A stretch of 64,000 nucleotides of DNA from Octopus vulgaris (GCA_951406725.2 OX597826.1:5952001-6016000), one strand, 5' to 3'; shown: positions 25,842-40,890, counted from the first letter of the stretch. Translations and numbers: made by a program. Notes: generated by a model from the sequence alone, not told the origin.

Positions 25842-26242
25842 CCTTTCTAATATAGACACAAGGCTTGAAATTTTGATGAGAAGGGGCCAGCCTCTTAGGT
25901 CGACCTTAGTAAGCAACTGGTACTTAATTTATCGACCCCGGAATAATGAAAGGATGGAAGTCGACCTCGGCGGAATTTGAACACAGATCGTAGCAGCAGA
26001 CGAAATACCTATTTCTTTACTAACCACAAGAGTCTAATCACAGAGAGGACAAACAAGGACAGAAAAACGGATTAAGTCGATTATATCGACCCCAGTGTGC
26101 AACCGGTACTTAATTTATCGACCCCGAAAGGATGAAAGGCAAAGTCGAACTCGGTGGAATTTGAACTCAGAAGGTAACGGCAGACGAAATACGGCTACGC
26201 ATTCCGCCCGGCGTGCTAACGTTTCTGCCAGCTCGCCGCCTT
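25842..26242 (-). mobile_element. SINE family B dimer
   Basis: Two tandem reverse-complement B cores (~25915-25990 and ~26100-26240). Confidence 0.85.
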
Positions 26243-26499
26243 ATCACTTAGCCAATATGCCACACAGAAGGATCGAATCCGATCCGGGGCCTCGTGATTG
26301 CGAAGCGAACTTCCAATCATTCGACCACTGGCACACACTACTTCTACTAATATTAATAATGATGTCAGGCACATCACAAAGGCGAGTTACGAAGCCTGGA
26401 TACCAAACCATTGTAAACTTTACATAGATTAGGAAGGAGAAATAATCTATAAAACAAAAACACTACTTGATATCTAATTAACTAGTAGATTATGGATAC

Positions 26500-26660
26500 G
26501 AATTTTAGCACTAGGCTGGCAGTTTCGGATGACATGTTAGGTGAATTGCAATTAAATAATGAAAGACAAAGTGTACCTCGTTAGAATTTGAACTCAGAGC
26601 ATAAAGAGGGACGAAATGTCGCTAAACATATTCTCTGGCGTGCTAAACAGTCTCCTAACT
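26500..26660 (-). mobile_element. Decayed SINE family B
   Basis: GAAAGACAAAGTGTACCTCG..GAATTTGAACTCAGAG..GGCGTGCTAA. Confidence 0.55.
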
Positions 26661-26704
26661 CATTTACTGATAGATAATACTAAATACAATTATCTATTTT
26701 CTAT

Positions 26705-27099
26705 CTTTTATTTTTGTTTCAGTCGTTCGATTGCGGCCATGCTGGGGCACCGCCTTGAAATGTTTTATTCGAACAAATCAACCCCAGGGCTTATTCTATC
26801 TTCAAGCCCGGTACTTATTCTATAAGACTCTTTTTCCGAACCGCTAACTTATGGGGACGTAAACCCACCAGCACCGGTTGTCAAGCGGTGGAGGGGGGAA
26901 ACACAGAAATAAAGATACACACACACACATAACATATGACGGATTTATTTCAGTTTCTGGACATCAAATCCACTCACAAGTCATTGGTCGGTCCGCGGTT
27001 ATAGTGGAAGACACTTGCCCAAGGTACCACGCAGTAGGGCTGAACAAGGAATCATGTGGTTAGGAAGCAAGCTTCTTACCACACAGCCACGTCTACGCC
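26705..27099 (-). mobile_element. SINE family A (older copy)
   Basis: Aligns with 1925-2340 over its length. Confidence 0.85.
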
Positions 27100-27204
27100 A
27101 ATGTTGAGAACAAGAATATATCAAAAATATATGTCCACGAAAACGGCTGCGAACTACAATTCCCCTCCTCCTCCTCCAAATACAATCGCTACAACAATTT
27201 TTGG

Positions 27205-27376
27205 TGTTAACATGGTTCGATTTGAATTTTTTTCTTCTACGGAAGGAAGAGCAAGCCTTCTTCTATCATACCCTCAATTTTGGTCAACTTGCACCGCAGG
27301 GTCTCGGAGGAGATAGTGTTAGGTGAAGGCTACCGAACCTGCCATACACAGACAACTTCAGCTTTATGTATATAGA
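27205..27376 (-). mobile_element. Non-autonomous Helitron 5' fragment
   Basis: Minus strand A|TCTATATACATAAAGCTGAAGTTGTCTGTG, a TC 5' terminus similar to that at 52650. Confidence 0.5.
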
Positions 27377-27617
27377 TAATTGGTATGTGTTCACAAAGTC
27401 CAAACGATTAATATATCGATTTTTGCACTTGCGAGATGTATTTCGGAACAGAAATAGCGCAGTTCAATTTTCATTTGCCTAAACTTTAAGTGACCCATTT
27501 TTGGTGGTTCTACGATTTGTTTGGTAGGAGATGTGCCGGGAAGTTAAACACACAGATACACAAGTTGAGTTTTATACATATATATATATATTCAGCGGCG
27601 TACGTACACTTTGGTCA

Positions 27618-27687
<70 letters not shown>

Positions 27688-27956
27688 TGCTGGTGTTGAT
27701 TGTTTCTATTTCTGTGTCGCATCTTTTCACAACTTTCCCCTGCAACGAAAAGCACTTAGCCAAATAGCAATCGATAAATTCAGAGCCAAACTGAAACATG
27801 TACCGAAACACTTATGGTAGTTTAATTGTCCCCCATTGGTGCTCCAGCTTGCGTGCATTCCCAATGATTAAATGATGGAAAAGTATAAGAGAATATCGAG
27901 TGTATGTTTACATATACAAATCTATGAATATAGGACTCCCTCCCTCCCTCACTTAC

Positions 27957-27992
<36 letters not shown>

Positions 27993-28183
27993 TGGTAAGT
28001 GTGTGTCTTGTATGTGTGTACATATGTGCGTGCATTGGTATTTGTGTATGCGCGTGCGTGCTTATGTGTGTGTGTGTTTCTGTATCCATGCTATTCCTAT
28101 TAAATCATTATCTCTTATTAATAATTTGCTTCGTATATGGCATTGTAGTTGAGCAACGCGAGTTAATAATATCACGTGATACG

Positions 28184-28243
<60 letters not shown>

Positions 28244-31200
28244 CATATATATATATATATATATGTGTGTATATATATATATGTGTGTGTATGTACATAT
28301 ATGTATGTATGTATGTATATAGCCTCAGATGTTGAAATGTATTTCGGTCATTTTCAAGATTATTTATGTAGATACTTTAATCTGATTGTGGGTGACATTG
28401 CATTAGTCAGTGTTTCAGAAATAAAGAGGAAGATATTGGTAAAGAGAGAAAAGAAGAGTAAAAGAGGAATATTGGTAAAGAAAGACGGAAAAACAGCAAG
28501 AAAACCACCAAATTTAAATGGCCGCATTCAGAGCATTTGCTAAATTCCTCCGGTCAATTACAAGCAGTGGTCATTGCATACACTGCCTTTCACCACATTC
28601 TTAGGCTGTTCAATTGTTGTAAATATTGCTTACGTGAATGTTAAGAATAAAGAATTTCGGAATCACAAATTTTCTAATGACGATACCAAGGCCGTTTCTC
28701 TGCGAGAAATCTTAAGGCAAGAAGTGAGTTATGAGCTGCATCGCTGCAGTTCTTGGATTTTCTCGAAAATAGATTGCTTGTCTAAACATTCACGATTAAT
28801 GGTTTTGTGGATGTTCATAAGCCCCACTTTTAGCCTTCTCTAAATCCAATATAGCTCCAAAATCCTTCCTCAATGCAGATTTAGATTCCATAAAGGTTAT
28901 GTGCTCGACAAATAGGGAAATAAATATAAAAAAGAGAAATAAACAAATAACCTAAAGCAATCTTTGATTCCTACATTTTAGGCGATGCATTATGGCTGTC
29001 TAGTTAATATAAGCAGATTGTAAGCTTCCTCATCAAGTCTTCTTAATTTTAACGGGTCATCCAGATAAATAATCTCAGAATTATCATTGTTGTGAAAACC
29101 TGAAGAAAAGATTATTTACTGCAGCAGAAGAATTAATTAATCCTGTCCTACACCGTTATATTAGGAAAGGATTAGAAGCATTCAGCTCTCTTCGATAGCT
29201 TCTGGCTTTTTAGTTAAAATATGTTGTCGCTAACATATCTGATTTAACATTGCTGGCTGATTTTTAACGATTTTCTGTTTTTAATAAGTTTTAATTCCGC
29301 ATCATATGTGAAACCCAGTTGAACACTTTCGCTAGTATTGCTATAAAGTGAGGAGTAGCAAAAACGTTGAAAATATTCTAGGATTAAAAGCACTGATACA
29401 TTTCTGTTATAGTACTTTAATTTCAGAAATATTCACTTGAGCGTAGTTCCAATCACGTCTAACAATCCTATTTGTTTGCAAAAATGTTGGTCCAGGTTCG
29501 TTCTATTTCCGCAGATTTATGTATGATTTATGTATGCACTACATTGAAAACTTCAAATCCTGACTGGCTGTAGCAAGTAGTGAAATCACTGATCAGATTT
29601 ATGTTGACCAATGCCTTCGTAGTGGTATTTGGGGAACAGCATGCAGAAGTCTGTCGTGTGTGTGTGTCTATGGTTCGCCTATTTATATAGACAATGAATA
29701 CCAAAACTGACTTAGAAACACAAATCGAAGATTTCGAAAGGCTTTCATTGTAATATGTTTTGTATCGTTATACATACATTCATTTATCTTTCTTACCTCC
29801 ATAAATCTATTCATACGTTGACTGACCCTTTGTAAGTCTATACTTAATACTGATTTTGTCCAAAAACTGCGTTATGCAATAAGTAAGTCAAAATATACAT
29901 TCTGCAGAAATGTCTATTTTGGAAGCACAACATTGGGCTTCAAATTGCAAAAGGCTCATAAACGTCGTTCAACCGTTATTGAGTTAGAGTTTCCTTTTCA
30001 CAAGACAAACGCCAATATGATCATTCAAATTTTGGTTTTGTTCCTGGTTCGAGTATGTAATCGATTTGACTTCTCATTGCTACAAATACTTTTGTATTTG
30101 ATTCTTCCGAATTGATACTGTCAGTGACTGTTAATAGAATTTAAGTTCAAATAAAACTTAGAATGTACTCGATGCTCTCCCGAGTTGAATACGTCACTCC
30201 CATCAGTTTCCAATGAATAGCGTTGTGCCAGCGAGAAGCCTGTAAGTGATCGCTAGGTTATGTACAAACAATAATAAAAACAAACTAAAATTACATCTAC
30301 CTTCTTCAGTAAAACATGCATAAAATAGAGCACTATCTGATATGCAAACGTACGAGGTGGTTACGGTTGGAACTACCAATGAATTATACTTGATATTCCA
30401 CCTGCCGTTTTCAATATATAATACCTAAAATGATACACACAAATAAATTGATACGCAAACAAATAGGTTGATCAGGACTAAAATAATTCGATATTTACTA
30501 CGTTGACCCACGGTTGATCTACGGCAAACAACGACATCACCAACATGATCAATGATTTCGCTGCTTGCTATAGCCAGTCATGTTTTGAAGTCTTGAATAT
30601 GGTGCATACTTATAATAATAATAATAATACTGAACATAAACGTTTGTGACTACTATTAATTTTAGCTATTAGAATTATATTTTTTTCATTTCTCTGCATC
30701 CTATGTTTTGCTCTACAACTTTCAGCAAAAGTTTATTGAGTTTCACCAAGGCATGATTACATGACAAAAGAACATTGGCCTTCATGCAAATTTCCATTCC
30801 CTCTGTTACAGCATCAATACAAAACTATTCGCTACATTCTGATTCTTCTTCTGATTAACGATATTTCCAGTCACGGTATGACGCTGAATAGTCTGACTAA
30901 ATTTCTAATATCATTAGGTTTCATTTTCCTACAACTCTAAAATTCAGCTTGGTTGGTTTGTCATTAATTTCGGTAGCAATCTATAAAGTAAATACCAGTC
31001 ACTTCCTGGTTGTCGACGCAGTCAATCATAAATAACATTTCTTTTTTTTTTTTTTTTTTTTTTTGGCTTTTCTATAGAAAACGAAATTCTTTAGAGGAAG
31101 AATTATTATTTAAATAAAAATACGTTTATAAAATATTCTTATCAATATCTCAATTCGCTATGCCATTAGATATAGCCTAAAGCAGGAATTGCAGATCAGA

Positions 31201-31395
31201 TGGCATGTAGACGTACAGAAAGTTAAGTGAAATTCTTAACAAAGAAAAGTAAAAAGACACAATATTAAATATAAAATGTCAGAAGAAAAAAATATATATA
31301 TAAAGATACATAGAAATATTGCTGTTGTAAGGGACTGCGAGAGAAAGAGGAAAAGAAGGAAAATAATAATAATAACTAATAAGAGTAACGATAGC

Positions 31396-31937
<542 letters not shown>

Positions 31938-32335
31938 GTTCACTAAAAATGGAATAAATTATTTCAGAAAATAAATACTTAGATAGCAAATGGGATCCTT
32001 CTCGTTTTAGACATCAAGCAGTGTCTGGAAATATTCTTTGAAAGAAAATTCATTAGAACATAATTTGCAATCGCAATTTTCGTTTCTCTTGGAGTTCCAT
32101 TATTCAAAGTATAATCAGTAATTAGGAATGCGACAAGGAAGTTGGCGGGCGGACGGCATGCTAGTATTCCATTGCTATTATGTAGAATCTTGATGGACAT
32201 TTCTCTAATTAAAGCCCAAGTCAAGGTTATAGGTGTTAATTCGAAGCTAAAATCATTGACAAGTTTCAGGATTGAGTTTTGAAACTCTGACCTAACAGCC
32301 GTAACAGATGTCAGCATGCTCTTAAGTGATTGTGA

Positions 32336-32386
<51 letters not shown>
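32336..32386. repeat. (TATC)n microsatellite
   Basis: Direct inspection. Confidence 0.95.
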
Positions 32387-33099
32387 CTTTAATATATCTG
32401 CATATATATGTATAAATAAATCTTCATGTATACATATATACATATACATTTAAATGTAAATATCTATATATATATATATATATACATATAAATGTGTGTA
32501 TATATATACATATATTTATGCATATATAAATATATATATGTATCTGTAGTTACGTATATATTTGTATATTTTATATACATATATATATATGTATACATTA
32601 CACACTCACATTTATATATATATATACACACACACACATGAATATATGCATGTATAGATGTATTTGTATTTATTTATGCTTAAATATATATAAACGTGTG
32701 TGTAAGTCCTTGAGTGTGTTTTGTATAAGTATATATATTATTTTTCAATTTTTGCCGCTATATCTTACAGGCAGTTTTCACAAGAAATAATAAATAGCTG
32801 TCGATCTCTTAACTGAGAGATCTTTATTTTCGCATTTACACTAAATACAACACGCGTACGTATGTGCATACATGCTTATGTACATATGTACGCTGGCATG
32901 CACGCCCATACGTACACACACACACACATACACAGATACACACACACACAAATATATATATTTATATATACACATTTAGAAACACATGTATTACGTATAT
33001 GTGTATATGTACGTACATAAGAATATCTAAATAGTCTTACACATGTGTGTTTGTGTGTGTATATATACGTATATATATATGTGTATATATGTTTATATG

Positions 33100-33134
<35 letters not shown>

Positions 33135-33144
33135 GTATATATAT

Positions 33145-33202
33145 ACACATATATATAATCATATATAGTTAAGTTTTAAATTTATCTCTCTAAATGTTTC
33201 TT

Positions 33203-33296
<94 letters not shown>

Positions 33297-33380
33297 TATA
33301 ATCATATATATTTATGTTTTCTATTTATCTCTCTAAATGTTTCTTTCTCTCTCTATATATATATGTATATATATATATAT
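33145..33380. repeat. Local tandem duplication (~140-bp period) in low-complexity DNA
   Basis: ACATATATATAATCATATATA..TTTATCTCTCTAAATGTTTCTTTCTCTC occurs twice. Confidence 0.75.
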
Positions 33381-33918
33381 GTGTGGCGGGGTGGATGTGT
33401 GCGTGGGTGGGAGGGGTGTATATGTGTGTGGTTGTGTGGGTGTGTATATGTACATATATATGTATATATTTGTCTGTGTGGGCGTGGGCGTATGGCTATT
33501 CAATTGCGCATGTGACCTTTCTCTTGCTTGTGTGCGGACATCATCACTCATGCATTTGTTGCTAACTGTTAACGACGTACGGATATGTGATATGCGTTGT
33601 TGACCTCTCGTGATTAATAACGTAAGAATGTGAGAGGAGTGAAGATTAAGGCATCTGCCTCATGAAGTCAGTAGACACCTGTTACTGTCATATTGTAGAT
33701 AGATACTCTCTTCAAAATTTCATAATTATCGAACTGTGCTAAAATAGTGTTGAGGAGTTAAACATGAGTTTTCCATGATAATTGTAGATGAATTTCATAA
33801 GATAACGTTCAAAAGTCCTGTTCATTTACATATGCACGTATGTGCACATGTGTACCTGTGCCTATGCGCACATATATATATGAATATAGCACGCCAAATG
33901 TTAATATAATGTATAATA

Positions 33919-34220
33919 TATTGGGTTGACCATCTTTTTAAAGTTTGGGAATTTATTGTGTTTTCTTTAAATTTAGAATTTATTTTTTTGTTTTAAGAAT
34001 ACTATTCTTTAATCATTCTCAAACCTATTTTTTTCTAGTTAATTATAGTTAATTTTTGTTTATTTTCAGATCATTAAGATGGAATGTTAGGTTAAGAAAA
34101 ACGCATTATCAATACCCCCTTCTTTTCGCGTTTAATCAAGGTTCTAAGGCCGCGAAAACTGCTCCTGATATTTGTGCTGTGTATGAAGAAGGTGCCATAG
34201 CTGAAAGAACCACTTGTGAT
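33919..34220 (+). mobile_element. Mariner 5' end with N-terminal HTH of transposase
   Basis: TA-TTGGGTTG TIR-like start. ATG at 34079 (MEC*VKKN), then LLFAFNQGSKAAKTAPDICAVYEEGAIAERT, a mariner HTH. Confidence 0.85.
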
Positions 34221-34806
34221 TCTCCGGCAACACGTTCAAGCAACGTCTCTACAGCCGCGGAAATTCTTTCAGCATGCCGGAAGGGAGATATGCTACATCA
34301 TTATGCAGCTATATATGGCGGCTGAATGACGAAAGAATATCCCATATTATCATGGAAAATTTTAAAATATCTAGACTCCTACAGAAACGGGAAAAGCGTT
34401 GCAAACTGTACATAGCCAAACGGGTGAAGATATAAAAATACTTCCTCAGCCCGGAGAACATACTCAACTCCAGGATGGAATTCTTCAGACCCTGACTGCA
34501 CTTCAGAAAATTAGCGTCGTTGGTTGCACATGATAACAGAGTAGATTAGGTATAATAGCCAAGGAGAGACAATCCCCTGTTTTTTGACAGAGTAACGCAG
34601 TCCTTCCCTCATCCATTTTCTAGAAAGACCAGTTGCTAAAGAAGCCATTTACCGACAGGTTATGGTGTCTGTGTGAATCTAAGCACTTTATGGACGTTAA
34701 ATCCAGGGCTATCCCACAGAATTGCCTAATCTATCTTTACATTAAAATGCTCTATAACGTAGAGTGTGGTTCATCTTCGAATTTATCGTTTCCGGAAGGT
34801 ACACAA

Positions 34807-34841
<35 letters not shown>

Positions 34842-35090
34842 AATTAAAACAGATTAGGAGATCGAAAATCCACCTGACGAATGGCATTGAAGACATGAAA
34901 CGATTGTAGTGGCGGTTTATTTCTTTATATTAACAAAATTTTATGTATTGATTAAGTCTTTCCTTGTTTGTTTTGCAAAATAGTGGTTTTGTCTCGAATT
35001 ATATTATATAATATTTTACTATAAAGTTGGATTTAATCCTAAATCTGATTTTTCCCTGTAAATTTGGATTTATTCCCTAATATTTATTAT
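34221..35090 (+). mobile_element. Penelope-like element 3' part (GIY-YIG C-terminus plus downstream terminal region)
   Basis: GNTFKQRLYSRGNSF..YATSLCSYIWRL..SWKILK..SYRNG..KRCKLY..ENILNSRME..H, the PLE GIY-YIG tail. Hammerhead ~350 bp downstream. Confidence 0.8.
34870..34912 (+). ncRNA. Minimal type I hammerhead ribozyme
   Basis: Stem I CCAC/GTGG, core CTGACGA, stem II ATG(G)C-ATTGAA-G(A)CAT, GAAA, stem III C-GATT-G, cleavage triplet GTA ending at 34908. Confidence 0.75.
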
Positions 35091-35722
35091 ATATATATAT
35101 ACATACATAGATGCATATATTTTGAATTCATAACTTGTATATGTGTTTATGTATGCATGTGTATATCTATTACAAATGTGTATGTAATTATCTATAACCC
35201 TTTATGAGAGGATAATATTTGCTAAAGCATGAAAATCTACACGCTTTACATACCTAGTACTGACCAATGTGAAAGGAGAAAGCATCTATATCATTGAAAT
35301 ACTACAGTTCTGACGTTGTCATCGGAAAGTCGGAAATTCAGCGAAGATACATCAAAGCCTCTCGTCTATCACTCTAACATTTAACTTACCATGTTGAACC
35401 TCAAAAAAGAAGGGACAATCTTAAAGCCAAATTTAGAAAGGAGATTGTTCGAACAAGTGAGTCTAGCGATCTTATGATCCTATGATCCGCAGAAACATCA
35501 TGGGCTCAAATACATCATTTTATTTACAGTGGGACTCGAGGTAGGTAAAGCTACACATAATGGTTTATCAATATAACGAAAGAAGTCGAGGCCTACTTGT
35601 AGCCCCATGTCTCTAAATATGAGAAGCCGGCGACCTTTTCCATCTTCTTCATTTTATCTCATTTAGCCAATATTTTCGCGCTATTAGTTACAGCTTTAAT
35701 CTTCTTCAAATCTACCGCTAAA

Positions 35723-35786
<64 letters not shown>

Positions 35787-35796
35787 ATATATATAT

Positions 35797-35843
<47 letters not shown>

Positions 35844-35994
35844 TATATGCATTATACATATATATGTGTATATTTATATATTTATTATGCATACATACAT
35901 GCATACTTACATACATATATATGTATAAATATGTATATACATGTATATATATATATATATATATAAATATATACATGTATGTATATACATATAT

Positions 35995-36065
<71 letters not shown>

Positions 36066-37499
36066 TGTAAGTATATAGACGTTAATCATAAGAGATTAGT
36101 GTTAGGCCACAGTTTTCGAGTTTATGGCTTGTATCTAGATTGAATTTCTTTACAAAAATTTTCAGCTTTTAGATAAGTCAATATTGCTTTTGTTTCATAC
36201 GAAGTGTTGCATTAAAATTTGCATTAAAATTGAAAGGAACCGGTGATCATTTGTCAGAACAAATAGAGGAATTCGTCTGAGAAAAATGAAATGAAAAGTT
36301 TCTGGAATAAAATATAAAATGAAATAAAAAAATCACATTTTAACCGCCTCAAATAAAGAATGGATTGTTGAACATTAAAAAGCAACAACGCAATTACTGA
36401 TAAAATGAAAAAGAGAAGTATGTCTATGTATCAAGTAGTTTTCTATTGTAATACTACTAGTTATCCCATATAAGATTTCAAGTTGATGATCAAAGTTGTC
36501 GCTCCGTGGTCGAATCCAGATGCAGAGCATGTATTATATTTTGTAGATGATAGAGGACTTCCAGTTTGCATGATTTAAAAATGAGATAATGTATTTGAAA
36601 TAGTCACCCAGACTACTGTTTTCCCACTTCATCATTGAAAATATATACAAAGCACAAAAGAAGATAGACACTTCTAATATAATGGAATAATGGCATTTTA
36701 CTGTTGTTTATAATTGGTCAAAGATTTAGGACTTTATGTTCTCCAAATCAACAGTTGAAAAAATAATTTCATGTATTTGTTTTGATTTCTTATGTGCTGT
36801 GCTGGAATCTCACCGGAGACACTGTTGCTTTTCATTCTTCTGGATTTCATAAATATCAAGTACTGGTGTTAATAAAATCGAATCTGTTGTTTTCTCAAAT
36901 TTCTTACATTGTACATATGTAAGAAATCATTTAGTCAAATATGTATTTGACGATTATTTTAATCATACCAATTGTATCAATTGTATCAAGTGTCTCTAAA
37001 TTGCAAGTTGCTCAAAGTTATATTTCTTGCTATACAATTACTGCGGATCGCTGTTTCAAAATTGTGGTTCACCGACGCTCTAATTTCCAGAAATGTATTA
37101 TTACGGATTGGTGAACTAAGTTCAAATTTTCAAGATGCTGCAGGAATAAAAGTAATTGCTAACGACCACATTGATAACACTGACCAACCAAGAATGAAAA
37201 TCTTCATTGTTCTCAAATATTTTGACCGAAATTAATGTTCACTTGGCACACAGAGTCCCAAAATGACATCCATTTATTACCGTGACTTCAAAATTTCTAA
37301 ATACTGGACACATAGAAGTTCAATACGTTTTCAATAAAAGAACTTATGAAGAACAATACATCATGTATAATCGTACATAGAAATTGTTTTTTACCTTCAA
37401 AATCGGAGGGTTTTCTTTTTTTAAGATTGAAAACTGTACAGTCTTAAAATTTCTACACAAAAATTGCATTATAGTTTATGCCGAATTTCCCATGAACTA

Positions 37500-38190
37500 G
37501 CGTTAGAATGATTTTCTTGAATGCTGAACTTCAGGGATATCACAAACCAAATTCCATCAATAGACCGCACTTAAATTCAAGTCCCAGGTGTCTTTATATC
37601 TTTGTTCCATTGATTTTATATCCTGATGGAAACGTTCTCCCTGTTCGACATTAGTGTCACCAAAGTATTTAGGGAACTTATCAAGTTGACAGTTGAGTTT
37701 TATGCTCATATTTGATCTTGATTTTTTTGTAATCTCTCTCGCGTGTTGTCAAGAATTTCGGCGTATAGTTCGACACTTGCTTGTTGTTCACTAAGTCATT
37801 TAAAACTATATCAGATGAATGCCCTGCTGCTGCTGCTGCTGCTTCAAAACAATTCATTGAATTTACAAAGTTTCCATCATTAAACAATTTTCTGGTTTGA
37901 TGCCCGTGAAGCACTCGAGATTTTTGTTTCCTATTTACTGCTCAGATCGGGATATGTGTTGCGTACATATTGAAAGCATGGGCCATCTATAACCAGAGCT
38001 AAAATAAACTGCTTCAAATTAAGTTTGATATGGAGTAGGGATAGGATGAGTTCTCCCTGCGGCAATTCTTTGATCCACACAGTGCTTTTCCCTGGCTCTG
38101 CGGTCCCACATGCATAAGAGGCATAGATATTTGGTGCACCAACTTTACCTACAGAAAAATTGACCACCCTAAAAACCGCATGCACCATCT
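37500..38190 (-). mobile_element. Decayed DDE transposase resembling CMC/Chapaev-3 type
   Basis: Minus-strand pieces TKYLCLLCMWDRRAREKH, LSLLHIKLNLKQFILAL..CFQY, FPKYFGDTNVEQGERFHQDIKSMEQRYK..W, with stops and frameshifts. Subfamily label is from recall. Confidence 0.75.
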
Positions 38191-38514
38191 ACTGATTTTG
38201 GGGGAATTTGGGTATCTTGAAATCTGGAAGGGAGGGTAAAAGAATGGATTCTATTTTTGGCTACAAAAGAAGAAAAGAAAACATCTTCAAGTGAGGAAAA
38301 TACGCCAAGAGGAACTGAGGAATTTAAAATAATATTCCGCAACTGCTGAAATAATTTAAATATTTCAAACACTTCTGGAATCAGGATACAGGCTTAAAAC
38401 TTTCTACGACTGAAGTTGAAATTCAGAACTATGTATCTCATTATTTCGGTTGCATGTGCTTCACCTGAGAAATGAAAGTGGAAAAAAGAGTTTATCATTA
38501 TTTACGAGAATATA

Positions 38515-38728
38515 AGGTGGCAAGATGCCAGAATCGTTAGCGCACCACACAAAAATTATTTACGACATTTTTCGGCTTTACGTTTTGAGTTCAAATTCTA
38601 TCGATACCGGCTTTAGCTTTCATCCTTTCGGTATCGCTAAATTAAGCACTAATTAATCGTTGGAGCTGATGCAAACGACTAATCCCTCTCTAAATCTGCT
38701 GGCCTTGTATCAAATTTTGAAACCACTA
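38515..38728 (+). mobile_element. SINE family B (older)
   Basis: AAGGTGGCAAG..GAGTTCAAATTC..TTTCATCCTTTCGG. Confidence 0.7.
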
Positions 38729-39717
38729 TACATTGACATAAAGCAGACAGACCCTAGAAAAACCTTATCTTCGAATATAATTTCATTTAAATAAAAGGGG
38801 CCATTGTAATAAAAATCCTGACAGATGCTAATGTAGATATTGTTTCCATAACTTGCTTGTTGCGCTGAACAAAATTTTATGTCACTAGTGGCGGATATTG
38901 CCTATTGATCTAACTGAACTTATTACCAGTGTGAGTATAGTAAAATTGTGATGATGTTGCTTCTAAAATTTTTTAAATCCTTTTCATATTGAGAGACGCG
39001 TGGGACATTAACAGAATATAAAATCACAAATAAGAAAGTACGACTCTAAGTAGAGTAATACATCTTAATCCGGTATTCCGCTGCACCAGCTATTTCCAAC
39101 GCACTTAAATAGAATAATGATCGCAATACAACGGCAGAAAGCTGAGAAGAATCGGGGCAGTAGACGTGGTTGGTTGTCGGTTGGTATCGAATATTTTAAC
39201 GAGATTATAGTTTTGTTATGAATTAGAATTGAGAGGTAAAATTCAGGTCAGTGAATATAATCGTGCATAATCTTTCAGATGAAATGCGATACTATTACTT
39301 ATCATAAATTTCCATCGTGATGCTATTCAAATAACTTTTCCCACAAGAATCACATACTATTTATTGTTTCCTGGTTTCATTTTATTTTTAGACTCAGACA
39401 TCTCATATCACTCATATGATTATTCATTTTATTTCTTATTGTTTCTTCTCTCTCTATCTCTATATCTTCCCCCCTCTCTCTCTCTCTTTCTCTCGCTCTC
39501 TATCTCTCTTTCCCTTAAGCTAATTCTCTTTCCCCCTTTCAATCTCTATCTCGCTCACTCAATCACAACGTCTCTCGGATATTTCATCTTTCTACTGGCA
39601 TATGTAAATATATAGTGCATATATACAACCTACCTATACATAAGCATATGTATATATCCATATATTTTCATATATATACATATACATATACATACATACA
39701 CATACACAAACACATAT

Positions 39718-39752
<35 letters not shown>

Positions 39753-40213
39753 TATACGTAGATGTATATATGTATGAATAAGTGTATATATATATATGTA
39801 TATATACATATGTATACATGTATATATATATATATGTATGATTATGCATGTATATATAGGAATACCTGTCCGTCTAATGTAAAAACACACCCATCCTACA
39901 TATTTATACCATGCACACATGCATAGTTACAATTATTTATAATATATTATTGATGCATATGACCCCATTATGTTCCTACATAAACAACGATATCGCACAC
40001 TTGAACACACGGCTCTCTCTTTTTCCCTCTCACTTTCAAGCTATATATATTTATACACCCACATACATATACACACACACACACACATATATATATATAA
40101 GTGCATATGTGTGTTTGAGTATGTGTATCGCATGTGTGCTTGTTGTGTGTTTTGTATGCGTGTATTTATGTGGATATATATCTCTATGATTGTATCTATA
40201 TCTACTTCTATAG

Positions 40214-40249
<36 letters not shown>

Positions 40250-40890
40250 GCATACACACACATATGCATATATGTGTGTGCGTGTGTATTTAGGTATAGG
40301 TAGGTAGATAGATATAAATATTGATATCTATACCTTCACAAATACATGCATGCGTACGTACGTACATACATACACACATGCGTACATACATACTGAAGAC
40401 AGTGTGTGAGTGGGATGGAAAGTGAAAGAAAATCGATATAAGGAAATGGAGAGTAAATCGATCACATCTGCGAATTGATCTGTAAATTTCTCTCATATTT
40501 TGCTGTTTTATATTCCCTATATCAAATACACCACAAGAGACTTAGTCGAAGGAAGTTCATAGGAACAAATAGGGAAAACAATACATACATATATATGTGT
40601 GTGTATGCGTGTGTGTGTGGGTGTGTGTGTTAAGGAGCCAGAAGACTCCGATATAAAGTAATATAAGCTGTTAGTTTCCCATCCCAAAACTCGGTCAATG
40701 TTTCATATCGTCTCAAGTCTCGAACGTACGACATGCATTTGTGAAAGCTATCTATCATACAAACCTCCTTACCTATTTTCGGGAAGTTGTGTTGTAATAA
40801 GTCTTTGACATCATTGTCACACACATCCCTAAGGCTAAGACATTTTCATATATATATATATATATATGCTTATGTACGAATATATATATG

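Noticed and set aside
27872-28543. 223-aa ORF
   Set aside because: Mostly (TG)n/(TA)n translation with no domain
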